Positions 1 to 8,933 of a stretch of DNA of 32,905 bases are shown here, piece after piece (the first letter of the stretch is position 1; every line of letters starts with the position of its first letter). This DNA comes from a virus (taxonomy: Duplodnaviria; Caudoviricetes). The stretch is from IMG/VR virus record IMGVR_UViG_3300025120_000012, positions 1 to 32,905 of that record; one strand, given 5' to 3'. A model generated the notes under the pieces. The model had not been told where the DNA came from and did no database searches. It was given only the letters and a program-made list of their open reading frames with translations. Both the position numbers and the translations under genes were made by a program.

Positions 1-127
1 AAGAAGAGTCTTATCTCAGACTCAAAATCAATGGACTCACCTCTCCCCAGTTTGCTGATTCGGATTATCTCCAGAAGCCAAGCAAGAGGAGTCTTTTCTC
101 TCAGGTCATTGGTTGAGAGTGTCCACT
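1..127. repeat. Terminal direct repeat, copy 1 (circular assembly overlap)
   Basis: Bases 1-127 are identical to 32779-32905; 127 is a common assembler k-mer; an ORF reads through the junction. Confidence 0.97.
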
Positions 128-416
128 CTCTATTAGTTGCAAGTTTGGTCCCTGAGATATAGAATGGAGCTGGGAGATATATCTTTCCATCTAATGGAGG
201 AGAAGATGAAACCTTTGGTTTTGATGTGCAATATTCATCATCTACCACCTCAGTGATTCTGTACTCTCTATCAGATGAGTCTTTGACTATCTTTCCCACT
301 CTCATCCACTTGGTGTCACAGATATAAGTTCTTTCAGTTGAAGTATCATACTTCCCTTGAACAGAATTGTCTATCTGTGAAATCAAATCACCCACAATGA
401 CTGAAAGCTCTTTCAT
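1..416 (-). CDS. 5' part of an origin-spanning ~227-aa protein (putative tail-completion/terminator protein); continues at 32778..32511
   Basis: Hand translation MKELSVIVGDLISQIDNS...EIRLF is open to base 1 and joins in frame to FLDETDVRNYY at 32778; ATG overlaps the upstream TGA; sits between connector and tail tube. Confidence 0.75.
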   Translation of the reverse strand, partial: MKELSVIVGDLISQIDNSVQGKYDTSTERTYICDTKWMRVGKIVKDSSDREYRITEVVDDEYCTSKPKVSSSPPLDGKIYLPAPFYISGTKLATNREWTLSTNDLREKTPLAWLLEIIRISKLGRGESIDFESEIRLF

Positions 417-1213
417 CATATCCAGTAGGCTTTGGATTTCATCACACCATTCCAAAGACTGAAATCACCTTCCCCAACATATGTGAGGGTGATAGTTGCG
501 TTGTCATCTCCACCAGCAATGGTCAAGACATCCCCCACAACATATCCACTCCCCACATTTGAAAAGTTCAGGTTTGTAACCTCTCCAGCTGTGGTGACAA
601 TTGTCGCCTCACCTCCAGAGCCAGAGCCACCAGTCAGAGCATTGGTCCCATTCACATATCCAGTCCCAGCTGTGGTCAAATCTCTCCAGATTAATTGACC
701 AGTGACCTGATTCTGATTGCTGTGAATGTATTCCTGAATAGCTCTGTAAGTACATAAAGCCTCATTGTATCTCTCCCACATCAGTGAGTGTGGGGAATCA
801 ACAACATGACTCAGCTCAGCTCTTTGTTTTACATTCCCATAAGGTGTCATCTGATTCATTAAGTCCCTCGCATATTCCCAATATATGAACCCCTTGAGCA
901 TCTCAAGGATTCCATCTGATTCAAGAATCTGATTCAATCTGTATCCATATAAACTGGACCCACTCAAAAAGAGTGACTTGTTCCAGTCCATATAAAATGG
1001 ATTGAACACTTTTTGAAAGTTTGGACTCTTGGGAGTCTGAGGACTCTGAGCTGTGAGGTCTGCTTCAAAGGAATTCAAGAGGTCAGCTCCAAACAAATGG
1101 AGAAGATATCTCTCAGTATATTTCTCAATGTAGCTCTCAAGCTTGGTGTCATCATACATCCCAGTGCTGAGTTCGTACTTGTCAATAAAATCATCAGGAC
1201 TCAATAATATCAT
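416..1213 (-). CDS. Putative head-tail connector/adaptor with an inserted Gly-rich GSGY domain
   Basis: Position after capsid; helical N-terminus (YIEKYTERYLLHLFGADL, MLKGFIYWEY); GTGY/GSGY beta-rich segment near the C-terminus. Confidence 0.55.
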   Translation of the reverse strand: MILLSPDDFIDKYELSTGMYDDTKLESYIEKYTERYLLHLFGADLLNSFEADLTAQSPQTPKSPNFQKVFNPFYMDWNKSLFLSGSSLYGYRLNQILESDGILEMLKGFIYWEYARDLMNQMTPYGNVKQRAELSHVVDSPHSLMWERYNEALCTYRAIQEYIHSNQNQVTGQLIWRDLTTAGTGYVNGTNALTGGSGSGGEATIVTTAGEVTNLNFSNVGSGYVVGDVLTIAGGDDNATITLTYVGEGDFSLWNGVMKSKAYWI

Positions 1214-1218
1214 CAGTC

Positions 1219-1605
1219 TTATTTTTTCAATTTACCCCATCCCCTTTTCAGGAAACCTTTTACCACTTCACCAGTGACCTTCCAGATTGCACCTTTGGGA
1301 AGCTTCCGATTTGTACCATTGGCTTCAAAGAGATAAGTTTCTGAGTCATTGATTTGTACTTCCAGAGTGACCTTGTCACCTTTCTTGGAATACTTTCCAT
1401 CAATATGCTTCCCATCCCATTCAACATCAAGATTCCCATCAGCATCTCTGTCAATTTCAATGTCTACTCTTTTAGTGTCAATATCAATGTCAAGGACCTT
1501 TTTCTTTCTGGTCTTCTTGGCTTCTTTTCGGTCAGCTCTTTTCTCAGCTCTGTCCTCTTGTCTTTCCTCTTTGGTTCTTTTCGTTTTCTTCTCCATTGTG
1601 TGCAT
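1219..1605 (-). CDS. Hypothetical protein with highly basic N-terminus
   Basis: 128-aa ORF packed between capsid and connector genes; K/R/E-rich N-terminus. Confidence 0.7.
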   Translation of the reverse strand: MHTMEKKTKRTKEERQEDRAEKRADRKEAKKTRKKKVLDIDIDTKRVDIEIDRDADGNLDVEWDGKHIDGKYSKKGDKVTLEVQINDSETYLFEANGTNRKLPKGAIWKVTGEVVKGFLKRGWGKLKK

Positions 1606-1616
1606 TCTTTATATTA

Positions 1617-2837
1617 TTAAGGCTTCAAAATTGAAGCAACATCAGTGCTGATTGTTCCAACAACAAAAGCCTTCTTTTGGTTAGCTTTTACATAAGAAAC
1701 CAGACGAGCCTCTGCAAGTATTGTCACCATGTTCTTAGTGAAGTCATCAGTGTCAAGTCCAACAGAAAGCTCAATGTTGTTTCTGAATCGAACATTTAAC
1801 TTTGACAAATCACCTACACAATAAGAATCTTGAGCCATATACGTTGAAGATATCACTCTCATTCCAGCAATTCTCATCTCACCAAGTCCATCCTGAGTGG
1901 GTAGGAACATAGGATAAGTATAAGTGTTGTCTGTTCCTTTAGTCAATTGCAATTTAGCAATGTCTTCAGGATTCATGATGACATGAGTAGGTGTGAAATT
2001 CTCACCTTCTATCTGAGCCATTACCACTCTTAACAAGTCAGTGATTGACGCATTCGGCACATCATTTGCAAAGGACCCAGCTCCAAAGACTGGAAGACCC
2101 ATTCCAGCATCAAGGAGTCCATTGATTCCATTTGCTGGAGCTGTGATTAATGCTGATTCAATTGACTCTCTTAATCCAGTGATTAAGTCATTGTCAATCT
2201 CAGCTCTGATGAAAGATAAATCCTCAAGCATCTCTTTTGACACTTTAACATACTGAGCAATTTTCTTCACCTCTTCAGAAACCTCTTTCCAAGTTGGTTC
2301 ACCTTCTGTCTTAGCAAATCCTTCCTTTACAAAGTCACCACCTGAAGCCACCTCTTGCTGAACATAAGTAACAAATTTACCAGTAGTTTGTCCAGTGTTT
2401 GAATTCTCAAGGATTCCGTATCTCTTGCGAACCACTCGGTCCACTTCAGAATCAAAGTCAGTCAAAGCATAGTCACCAGTATATGAGTCAGTGATTGTCG
2501 TTCCTTTTGTTGAAAGATTGACCTTTCCACCTTTTTCCACTGCATCCTTAATGGTTTCAATGTTGTCAGCATAAGTCTTAAAAAGACCTTCAGACAAGCT
2601 CATTGATTTCACTTTTGGAGTGACAGCTTTCTCAGACATTGCTTCAAGTCTTCCCTCAAATTTTGCAATGCTCTTCTCAATCTCTTGAGATTTTTCTTCA
2701 AGTGACTTGAGTGAATCAAGCTCACTTTTTAATCCAGCAACATCCTCTTGAGTTGGGACATTCTGCATCTTTTCGTTGAATAAGTTATCCAGTTTCTGGA
2801 TGACTTCTTCAGTCTTTAGATTTGTGTTTTCTTCCAC
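1617..2837 (-). CDS. Major capsid protein, HK97 fold with N-terminal coiled-coil scaffold
   Basis: 406 aa, GTG start; motifs FVKEGFAKTE, KKIAQYVKVSKEMLED, VIMNPED, DFTKNMVTILAEAR; follows the prohead protease. Confidence 0.92.
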   Translation of the reverse strand: MEENTNLKTEEVIQKLDNLFNEKMQNVPTQEDVAGLKSELDSLKSLEEKSQEIEKSIAKFEGRLEAMSEKAVTPKVKSMSLSEGLFKTYADNIETIKDAVEKGGKVNLSTKGTTITDSYTGDYALTDFDSEVDRVVRKRYGILENSNTGQTTGKFVTYVQQEVASGGDFVKEGFAKTEGEPTWKEVSEEVKKIAQYVKVSKEMLEDLSFIRAEIDNDLITGLRESIESALITAPANGINGLLDAGMGLPVFGAGSFANDVPNASITDLLRVVMAQIEGENFTPTHVIMNPEDIAKLQLTKGTDNTYTYPMFLPTQDGLGEMRIAGMRVISSTYMAQDSYCVGDLSKLNVRFRNNIELSVGLDTDDFTKNMVTILAEARLVSYVKANQKKAFVVGTISTDVASILKP

Positions 2838-2861
2838 GTTTTCTCGTTTTTAAAAAATTAA

Positions 2862-3920
2862 TTATTCACCTTCTATTTGTGCAATCTTTCTTTCAGTCCA
2901 GCTGAGCATTGCATCACCTCCCCAGAGAAGATATGAGATGGTCCCACAAGCTTTCTCATCAGATGGTTTGTAGTATGTTCTGGCTCTTGATAAAAAGGAG
3001 AAAGTCCTCTTTATTGTATCCAGACTCAATCCAGCTCCTGAGCTTATTTGTGAGGCTCTTATTTTTCCAGTTTGGGTCGAACACTTATTCCCCACTTCCT
3101 CATTTAACCTAATGCCTCTTTTTGCATTGTCTTTGGCTTTCTGTGGATAGTCAGAATAAGTCTCAGCTTTTGTGTCTAATTGATTTAACACTTGCATCCA
3201 TTTCACTTCTTCAGTTGATGTTTGTGGCTCTTCAGGAATGGAGTGGACAATAGAATCCGACTCCTTCCCAGCAAGTACAATCAGCTGAGCTGTGATACGT
3301 TTTACTTTCATTTCTATTCCATGAAGTCTCTCATCACTTCCCTTCCCATTGGAAAGAGCTTTGATGCAGACATTCAATTCGTTTTTAAGCTTCTCTAAAA
3401 GCTCAGATTTTTGTTCTCCTTTTACATCAATCACTGGAGTGTCTTCATTAGCTCCAAAGGTCACAGCTGAGCCTTCATAAAGCTTCAGCTCAGTGATGTC
3501 ATAATAACCACCAGAAGGAAGAGACTTGTCTTCCACCAGTGTCATCTTGTCCTTGATATATTGGAAGCCTATGGAATGCTCCTTGATGATTCCATCCTCA
3601 TAGTCTTTGAATGCGTCTTCTCCAGCTGTGGACCTTCCCAGCTGACCAACAGCCAGAAGTCCATAATCATCTTCAGTCATCTCAAGGAATTTTCCTATCT
3701 GTTGCTCCCAGTCATGATGACGAAGAAAAGCTATTTTTCTATTGCTTGAGGATTGTGGTCCTCTCTCCTGAAGTGATTTAGTGAAAGCTCCTTTTCTGAT
3801 GATGTCAAAGTCTGAGTCAATTGAGTCAAACTTGCTCAGATATATCTGGACCTTTCTTTCTTTCTGGTCCAAATCTTTCACCTCAAAAGCTTGTTTCAAG
3901 CTATATATATTTTGCTTCAT
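2862..3920 (-). CDS. HK97-family prohead protease fused to an uncharacterised C-terminal domain
   Basis: DSDFDIIRKGAF, FLRHHD (His), IGKF, EHSIGF (Ser), LYEGSAVTFGAN; extra ~100-aa C-terminal domain ending LLWGG. Confidence 0.9.
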   Translation of the reverse strand: MKQNIYSLKQAFEVKDLDQKERKVQIYLSKFDSIDSDFDIIRKGAFTKSLQERGPQSSSNRKIAFLRHHDWEQQIGKFLEMTEDDYGLLAVGQLGRSTAGEDAFKDYEDGIIKEHSIGFQYIKDKMTLVEDKSLPSGGYYDITELKLYEGSAVTFGANEDTPVIDVKGEQKSELLEKLKNELNVCIKALSNGKGSDERLHGIEMKVKRITAQLIVLAGKESDSIVHSIPEEPQTSTEEVKWMQVLNQLDTKAETYSDYPQKAKDNAKRGIRLNEEVGNKCSTQTGKIRASQISSGAGLSLDTIKRTFSFLSRARTYYKPSDEKACGTISYLLWGGDAMLSWTERKIAQIEGE

Positions 3921-5131
3921 TCCTGATTATTTAGGTCTGTTAATATTCTGATTTCTTCCTCACTCAATTCCACACCAAGTCCAGCAATTTTTTCCAGTGT
4001 CTCAGCTTTGGTCTTCTGGACATTTGCTCTTGATTCTTCATCCACTTGCATCACTGGGAGATGATTGAATTCAGCTTTCAGATAATACTCACCATCAAGA
4101 CCCCATTGTTTCATGATGCTGTCATACATTGATTGAGTCTCTGGAATGATTGTGTCAGTGTAAACCATTCGGATTGAGTCTCTCACATTGGTGAATGTTG
4201 CTCCTTTGTCTGAGCTGAATAGATTCACACTGAGACCATAGGTGTCTATGATTGCAATCTTGTCAGCTGTAAGCTCTTCAAAAAGCATCAGGTCTTTTGT
4301 GGGATAGCTCATAGGCTTCCAGTCCACACTTGACTCTGTTATCATCAGCTCATCCTTGTTTCTATTGAACCAGTCTCTCTGGATTTGTTTCCTCTCTTCT
4401 GGTGTCATTGGAATGGCTCCTCCCATGTCATTGTTGTTCGTTGATAGGATTCCAATTGCTCCAAGATTTTCCAGAAGGACATTCCTCTTGTGGTATTGAG
4501 CTTTGATGTTGCTCAATGGATATCTCAAAGAGTCCACTCTGGAGATTGGCTTGACCAGATTCATTCCATCATCAGTGGTCAGATAGACCATGTCAAACCA
4601 GTCAATAGTTTGGATGGTATCATCATCATAGTAGAATTTGAAATTTGTGATGAGGTCCTCTGTGTCCATTGCTTCAAGCTTCTTACCTGAGAGATTAATC
4701 TTGACCTTATTTGCTGGAAGTGGGACCATCAGATTCCTGATGTCAAAGCTTCTCTTTGGACAATATGCAAAGCTGTTGGAATAAAGAGCATCCTGAACAG
4801 ACAAAGAATAAACAACATCAGACCAGCTCTGTGTTGCATTCGGATTCTTTATGAGGTCCATGACCCAATGATTATCCACCTTGTCTCCATTCATATCATA
4901 TAGGCAAGGATGGTTTGATGACATCATTGAGGCTCTCTTATCAATCACAGCTCTTAATTCTGGAATCTCAATGAACAGCTTCCAGCTGTCATTAGTATCT
5001 ACCCAGACAGCTTCCTTCCTTCCCCATATCTGTGAAGCATAAGGAAGCCTCCCAGAGACTTCATTGATGAATCTGTTAAGCTGACTATTCTGGTTCAATC
5101 CCAGAAGGTTGTTCAGAAAATTAAATTCCAT
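3917..5131 (-). CDS. Portal protein (HK97-like)
   Basis: 404 aa between terL and protease; LIKNPNATQSW, SNSFAY, GATFTNV, YTDTIIP patterns. Confidence 0.9.
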   Translation of the reverse strand: MEFNFLNNLLGLNQNSQLNRFINEVSGRLPYASQIWGRKEAVWVDTNDSWKLFIEIPELRAVIDKRASMMSSNHPCLYDMNGDKVDNHWVMDLIKNPNATQSWSDVVYSLSVQDALYSNSFAYCPKRSFDIRNLMVPLPANKVKINLSGKKLEAMDTEDLITNFKFYYDDDTIQTIDWFDMVYLTTDDGMNLVKPISRVDSLRYPLSNIKAQYHKRNVLLENLGAIGILSTNNNDMGGAIPMTPEERKQIQRDWFNRNKDELMITESSVDWKPMSYPTKDLMLFEELTADKIAIIDTYGLSVNLFSSDKGATFTNVRDSIRMVYTDTIIPETQSMYDSIMKQWGLDGEYYLKAEFNHLPVMQVDEESRANVQKTKAETLEKIAGLGVELSEEEIRILTDLNNQE

Positions 5132-5156
5132 ATATGGTCAATTTACTTCATGTTAA

Positions 5157-5164
5157 CAAAGTTA
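5157..5164 (-). promoter_or_regulatory. Bacteroidota-type -7 promoter element upstream of portal
   Basis: Minus strand TAACTTTG matches TAnnTTTG, ~25 nt before the portal ATG, in an intergenic gap. Confidence 0.5.
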
Positions 5165-5195
5165 CTGAATAAGGCTTAATCATATCTTTAAGAAG

Positions 5196-6560
5196 TTATT
5201 GACTCAGGTTTCGAAACATAGACTGAGTGAATATGCTGAGACCAGCAAGACAATCAGGAGCATCATCATTCTTGTTCTTCCCATCCTTAGAATATGAGAC
5301 CACTGAATCAATGAACAGAGAGCAATCCTGAGAGTCTCTCCTGATGTATGTGACAAAGTTCTGGAGCCAAGCTGACTGCATGATGATTCTGGTGTCTTTG
5401 TTTGTGGTATTGTTCACCATGAGAATCTTTGTCAGGACCAGCTTCTGAAGGTGTCTGGAGAACATTGCTCCCATGTTGTTGGATTCTACACGACAATAAG
5501 AGACATCCCACTCTTTGAGCTTGGATGCACAGAGAGGAATTGTGATGTCAGTGTTCTCTCTGGAATACACATAGTCCACCAGATAAAAGCTTCCCTTGAT
5601 GACAGCCATGACTCCCATTGCTGTGAAGTCTTTGCCCATGTCAGCAACATCAATATAAGAGACACAGCCATCAATCCCTTTGGCTTTTCTCAGCTGAGTG
5701 AATTCATCAGGAGACATGAAGCTCATGTCACTGAACAATCTTCCTCCAATGTCCACTGGTGTCTGTTGATATTCAGCTGACCATATCTCTGGAGCTGTCC
5801 TCTTCTTCTTGGCTTGATATTCTTCTGTTGTCATCACAGCTGGACAGAAGCTCTTTCCTGATTCATTTAGTGCTGGGATGATGATTGACTTCTCATAGGC
5901 TCCTTCATTGATGTTCTGTCCTATAACATCCCTTAAGGACCATCTGGTCCCTATGTCTATTCGAGAACATCCAGACTCGAATCTTGAGTCATGAGTGGCT
6001 TGTTTCCATTGAATGATTCTGTCATTTGTAGTGTCTGACATTGCATCCTCTATCCCTCTGTAAAGGTCATCAGTAATCCCCACCATTGAAGCTCCAAAGC
6101 CTATGATGGTTCCTCCCACTCCAGCTCCAAAGTATGAGACTTGATTTGCTTTGTTGGTGTTCCATCCCTGAAGGTTCTTCTTATCATCTGAGAGCTTGAC
6201 ATCAGGAAAGACATCCTTGAACACTTCACTCTTGACAATAGCTCTCACATCATAGCTGAATTTAAGATACAATGTGGCTGTGCAAGTGTTACGCATGACA
6301 GAGCCATCTGGCTTCTTTCCGATTAACCATGCACAGAATAAGCTGGTGATATAGCTCTTCCCAGCTCTGGGAGGCATGGAGACAGATAAGCTCCTGAGAG
6401 AGCCTTCAGATATTTTCTGGAAGGAGACAGCCACTTCTTTGAGAAAAGGTCTCTCAGCGAAGAATTTTGAGTCATAGACATTACAGAAGACCCAGAAGCT
6501 CCTTCTGGATAGCTCATCAAGAATCTGTTTCTGGTTTGTCATCTTCTTTGGTTGATTCAT
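5196..6560 (-). CDS. terL: Terminase large subunit
   Basis: Walker A MPPRAGKS, Walker B ITDD, GTRW coupling motif, RNase H-like YIDVAD and NDDAPD. Confidence 0.95.
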   Translation of the reverse strand: MNQPKKMTNQKQILDELSRRSFWVFCNVYDSKFFAERPFLKEVAVSFQKISEGSLRSLSVSMPPRAGKSYITSLFCAWLIGKKPDGSVMRNTCTATLYLKFSYDVRAIVKSEVFKDVFPDVKLSDDKKNLQGWNTNKANQVSYFGAGVGGTIIGFGASMVGITDDLYRGIEDAMSDTTNDRIIQWKQATHDSRFESGCSRIDIGTRWSLRDVIGQNINEGAYEKSIIIPALNESGKSFCPAVMTTEEYQAKKKRTAPEIWSAEYQQTPVDIGGRLFSDMSFMSPDEFTQLRKAKGIDGCVSYIDVADMGKDFTAMGVMAVIKGSFYLVDYVYSRENTDITIPLCASKLKEWDVSYCRVESNNMGAMFSRHLQKLVLTKILMVNNTTNKDTRIIMQSAWLQNFVTYIRRDSQDCSLFIDSVVSYSKDGKNKNDDAPDCLAGLSIFTQSMFRNLSQ

Positions 6561-6930
6561 CCCTGAGCATATCGGTCAGCTGAGCTGTGGTGAATTGACT
6601 GAGGTCTTCCACCTTATGCTTTTGCTTTGTCTCCATGAATGAAGTGGACAAGGCTCTTCTCTCATCATCTGATGACAAGAGCTTCATCAATCCCAGCTGA
6701 AGAGCTGGAGCTGGTGACTCCATCCACTTGCTTCTCATCTCTCTCTTCATGTCAATCTTGTTCTCTTCAAGAGCATCTTTTATGCTGTCCAGCTTGTCCA
6801 GTCCATAGGTATAGAATGAAGACCTTCCAATGGGAAGGAATGTGACCACATCCATGATGAACACAAGTCTGTGTTTCTTTATTACTTGGAGACATTTCTT
6901 CTCCAGTGATTTAGTTGAGTGTTTAGTCAT
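6517..6930 (-). CDS. terS: Terminase small subunit (putative)
   Basis: 137 aa directly upstream of and overlapping terL; HTH-like IGRSSFY; C-terminal DLSQFTTAQL. Confidence 0.7.
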   Translation of the reverse strand: MTKHSTKSLEKKCLQVIKKHRLVFIMDVVTFLPIGRSSFYTYGLDKLDSIKDALEENKIDMKREMRSKWMESPAPALQLGLMKLLSSDDERRALSTSFMETKQKHKVEDLSQFTTAQLTDMLRDESTKEDDKPETDS

Positions 6931-6994
6931 AGCATTTATATATTCTGATTTTATACTTGAACAGATTCATCTTGAATATGGTTTTATAAGTCAT
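6923..6994 (-). CDS. Possible 23-aa translationally coupled micro-ORF (MTYKTIFKMNLFKYKIRIYKCYD)
   Basis: ATGA overlap with the upstream stop; its TAA overlaps the terS start region (ATGACTAA). Confidence 0.35.
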   Translation of the reverse strand: MTYKTIFKMNLFKYKIRIYKCYD

Positions 6995-7116
6995 CTCTTC
7001 AGTCTTTTATCCCTGACATAGTTCACACATCCCTGAAAGCTTCCTTCATATAGTGTGGACCCATCTTCATCATTTAACACTTTGAAGATATGGTCTTTCT
7101 TTCTTCTGATTGTCAT
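6991..7116 (-). CDS. Hypothetical 41-aa protein (MTIRRKKDHIFKV...), not in the ORF track
   Basis: Hand translation; ATGA overlap with 7113..7352. Confidence 0.55.
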   Translation of the reverse strand: MTIRRKKDHIFKVLNDEDGSTLYEGSFQGCVNYVRDKRLKR

Positions 7117-7352
7117 TTCTGGAGTGGCTTCTTGTCCCATGTGTTAAGTGTTTGATTTATGTATTTTTCAACATCATGGTCTTTGAACATTCTTCTGAAT
7201 TTTCTTGACCTGATATATTCTTCTAATACCAGAGAACCCAGTCCCATGATTTTTAATTCTTTTGGGTCCAGCTTTTTGTATCTGGTGTCTTTTTTCCTTT
7301 TTAGGAATGGGACAATCCATGTCAGGACCTTGAAGATTTTAAGTGCTTTCAT
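7113..7352 (-). CDS. Hypothetical basic protein
   Basis: 79-aa ORF coupled to its neighbours. Confidence 0.65.
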   Translation of the reverse strand: MKALKIFKVLTWIVPFLKRKKDTRYKKLDPKELKIMGLGSLVLEEYIRSRKFRRMFKDHDVEKYINQTLNTWDKKPLQK

Positions 7353-7494
7353 CTGTTTTGATTTTGTCTTTTAGTTTTTCAATTATGTAGTGAACATCAT
7401 TTTCTGAAATGACATTTTCCATGATAAAATCCACCAATGAGTCTGGGTCAAGTTCTTCCTCATTATACTCATTTAGGATGTGAAATCTTTTCAT
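7339..7494 (-). CDS. Hypothetical 51-aa acidic protein (MKRFHILNEYNEEELDPD...), not in the ORF track
   Basis: Hand translation; A-rich start context; overlaps the next gene start. Confidence 0.55.
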   Translation of the reverse strand: MKRFHILNEYNEEELDPDSLVDFIMENVISENDVHYIIEKLKDKIKTDEST

Positions 7495-7571
7495 CTGTTT
7501 TGGCTTTCTTTAAAGGTACAAAATCCACAGAAATTGAAATTTGTTCCTTTTTTCTTGTGTCGAAAATGTGC

Positions 7572-7656
7572 CTCTGTATCCCTTGCCCTGACTGGATTTT
7601 TTCATATCTCCAGATTTTAAGGGTAAGATACCAGCGAGGAGGTAAAGTGTCTTAGA
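7572..7656. repeat. Dispersed 85-bp intergenic element, copy A
   Basis: CTCTGTATCCCTTG-N5-ACTGG...GGTAAGATACCAG...AAAGTGTCTTAGA; aligns without gaps to 18401-18485 and with one gap to 31338-31421. Confidence 0.85.
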
Positions 7657-7705
7657 GAGGCTAAAAACCACTTTAAAACGAATTTAAGTAATTATAACTT
7701 TTTTA

Positions 7706-7915
7706 TCATTTCCAGACCAAATGGAGTCCATAAAACAGACAGAAAATCATCACTCTAAGCAATGAATAAGCCATCCCTTCAGGTTGGTTTGACCACTCCT
7801 TGAATGACTTAATTCTGAACCACCAAAAGAAGGAACAGATGAGTCTATCCAGAATGAATGAACAGAATATAATTGGGAATAAAAGTAAAGCTGTGAGCTG
7901 TCTTAGTTTTGTCAT
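7706..7915 (-). CDS. Small two-TM membrane protein (likely start MTKLRQ at 7915)
   Basis: Two hydrophobic segments; AT-rich initiation context before the ATG at 7915. Confidence 0.6.
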   Translation of the reverse strand: MTKLRQLTALLLFPIIFCSFILDRLICSFFWWFRIKSFKEWSNQPEGMAYSLLRVMIFCLFYGLHLVWK

Positions 7916-8004
7916 ATTAAAATATTTTAAGTGAAGGTGAAAGGAGCCAATGAGCTGGAGGAGAAAAGTTGTCACCAGCTCCCTCACCAGATAAACCTAT
8001 TTCA

Positions 8005-8012
8005 CAAAGTTA
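8005..8012 (-). promoter_or_regulatory. Bacteroidota-type -7 promoter element
   Basis: Minus strand TAACTTTG, identical to the element before the portal gene. Confidence 0.5.
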
Positions 8013-8270
8013 CTCAATGAATTCAAACCAGATTGAATGTATGAGTCCATGAAACTTGATTCTCTTTATCTTGACCCCTTTTTCTTTAGCATAAAGAACA
8101 AAGTCTTTCAGCTCTTCATCAAGGCTGTGAGCTTTCCATAGAAACCCAGCTTTCTTCTCTCCATAGTCAGCACAGAATTGAACCCTCGCAATCTCCACAC
8201 CATGCTGTTTAAGAAGCATCTTGATAGCTTTCATCTTTGGGAATCCTTCTCTGTGATAGTTTGCTCTCAT
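8010..8270 (-). CDS. Hypothetical protein
   Basis: 86 aa; ATGA overlap with 8267..8665. Confidence 0.65.
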   Translation of the reverse strand: MRANYHREGFPKMKAIKMLLKQHGVEIARVQFCADYGEKKAGFLWKAHSLDEELKDFVLYAKEKGVKIKRIKFHGLIHSIWFEFIE

Positions 8271-8665
8271 AGTCTGTGGAAAACTTTTGGAAACTTTAAT
8301 TTTTCTAATATCTGGACAGATACATTTTCACTCTGTGAATATACCTCATCAAGAGTAGATTGTTCATCACTCATCAGGTATGACAGCTTGAAAGAGGTGT
8401 TTTGAACAATGAGGACAGCTTGAGTGATTTCAAGGTCCATGAGCTTAGTGGTGTTTAAATACATGAAAGGTCTTCTCTCAAGGCTTTTCTTCTTATCCTC
8501 TGGGTGATGGTCCACCATAGAACAGAAACCCTCTTGAAACTGATTCATGAAAGTGGCTTCAGCAAATGTGACCCCACAGAGGTGATTGACTCCAAACCAT
8601 TTGAAAATGTCTCTCACATCATCTGAGATGATGAGGTCAAAGTCTGGAAAGATTATCTGTCTCAT
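8267..8665 (-). CDS. Hypothetical protein
   Basis: 132-aa ORF starting just after a terminator. Confidence 0.7.
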   Translation of the reverse strand: MRQIIFPDFDLIISDDVRDIFKWFGVNHLCGVTFAEATFMNQFQEGFCSMVDHHPEDKKKSLERRPFMYLNTTKLMDLEITQAVLIVQNTSFKLSYLMSDEQSTLDEVYSQSENVSVQILEKLKFPKVFHRL

Positions 8666-8680
8666 ACCTTAAATTTAAGC

Positions 8681-8712
8681 AAAAAAAAAGCTCCCTCATT
8701 TCTGAAGGAGCT
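8681..8712 (-). terminator. Rho-independent terminator
   Basis: AGCUCCUUCA-GAAA-UGAGGGAGCU 10-bp stem with GNRA loop followed by a long U-tract, right after the HTH gene stop. Confidence 0.88.
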
Positions 8713-8717
8713 GTCTG

Positions 8718-8933
8718 TCATTTATTTTCTGACATATACTTTCCGAGCTTTTGAATGGTCCCAGTGTGAAGTCCTTTCTTGTCATCTCCTGAATGCAAAT
8801 ACATCCAGAGCTGTGACTGATGCACCCCAGCTTGTTCACTAAACTGAGCCAGACTCATCTTCTTTTCTGTGATGAATTTTTGAATCATCAGCCTCACATT
8901 TTTATTGAGGTCTTGAAGGTCTTGAGCTATCAT
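8718..8933 (-). CDS. XRE/Cro-like helix-turn-helix regulator
   Basis: MSLAQFSEQAGVHQSQLWMYL...TIQKL pattern, 71 aa. Confidence 0.8.
   Translation of the reverse strand: MIAQDLQDLNKNVRLMIQKFITEKKMSLAQFSEQAGVHQSQLWMYLHSGDDKKGLHTGTIQKLGKYMSENK

Noticed and set aside
1-127. Biological direct terminal repeat
   Set aside because: It falls mid-gene and its length equals a common assembly k-mer, so an assembly overlap is more likely.
7511-7518. -7 promoter TACCTTTA before the terminase operon
   Set aside because: Imperfect match with no clear -33 element; too weak to list as a feature.
7936-7990. HDV-like/theta ribozyme
   Set aside because: No nested P1/P3/P1.1 double pseudoknot could be drawn and no tRNA is adjacent.
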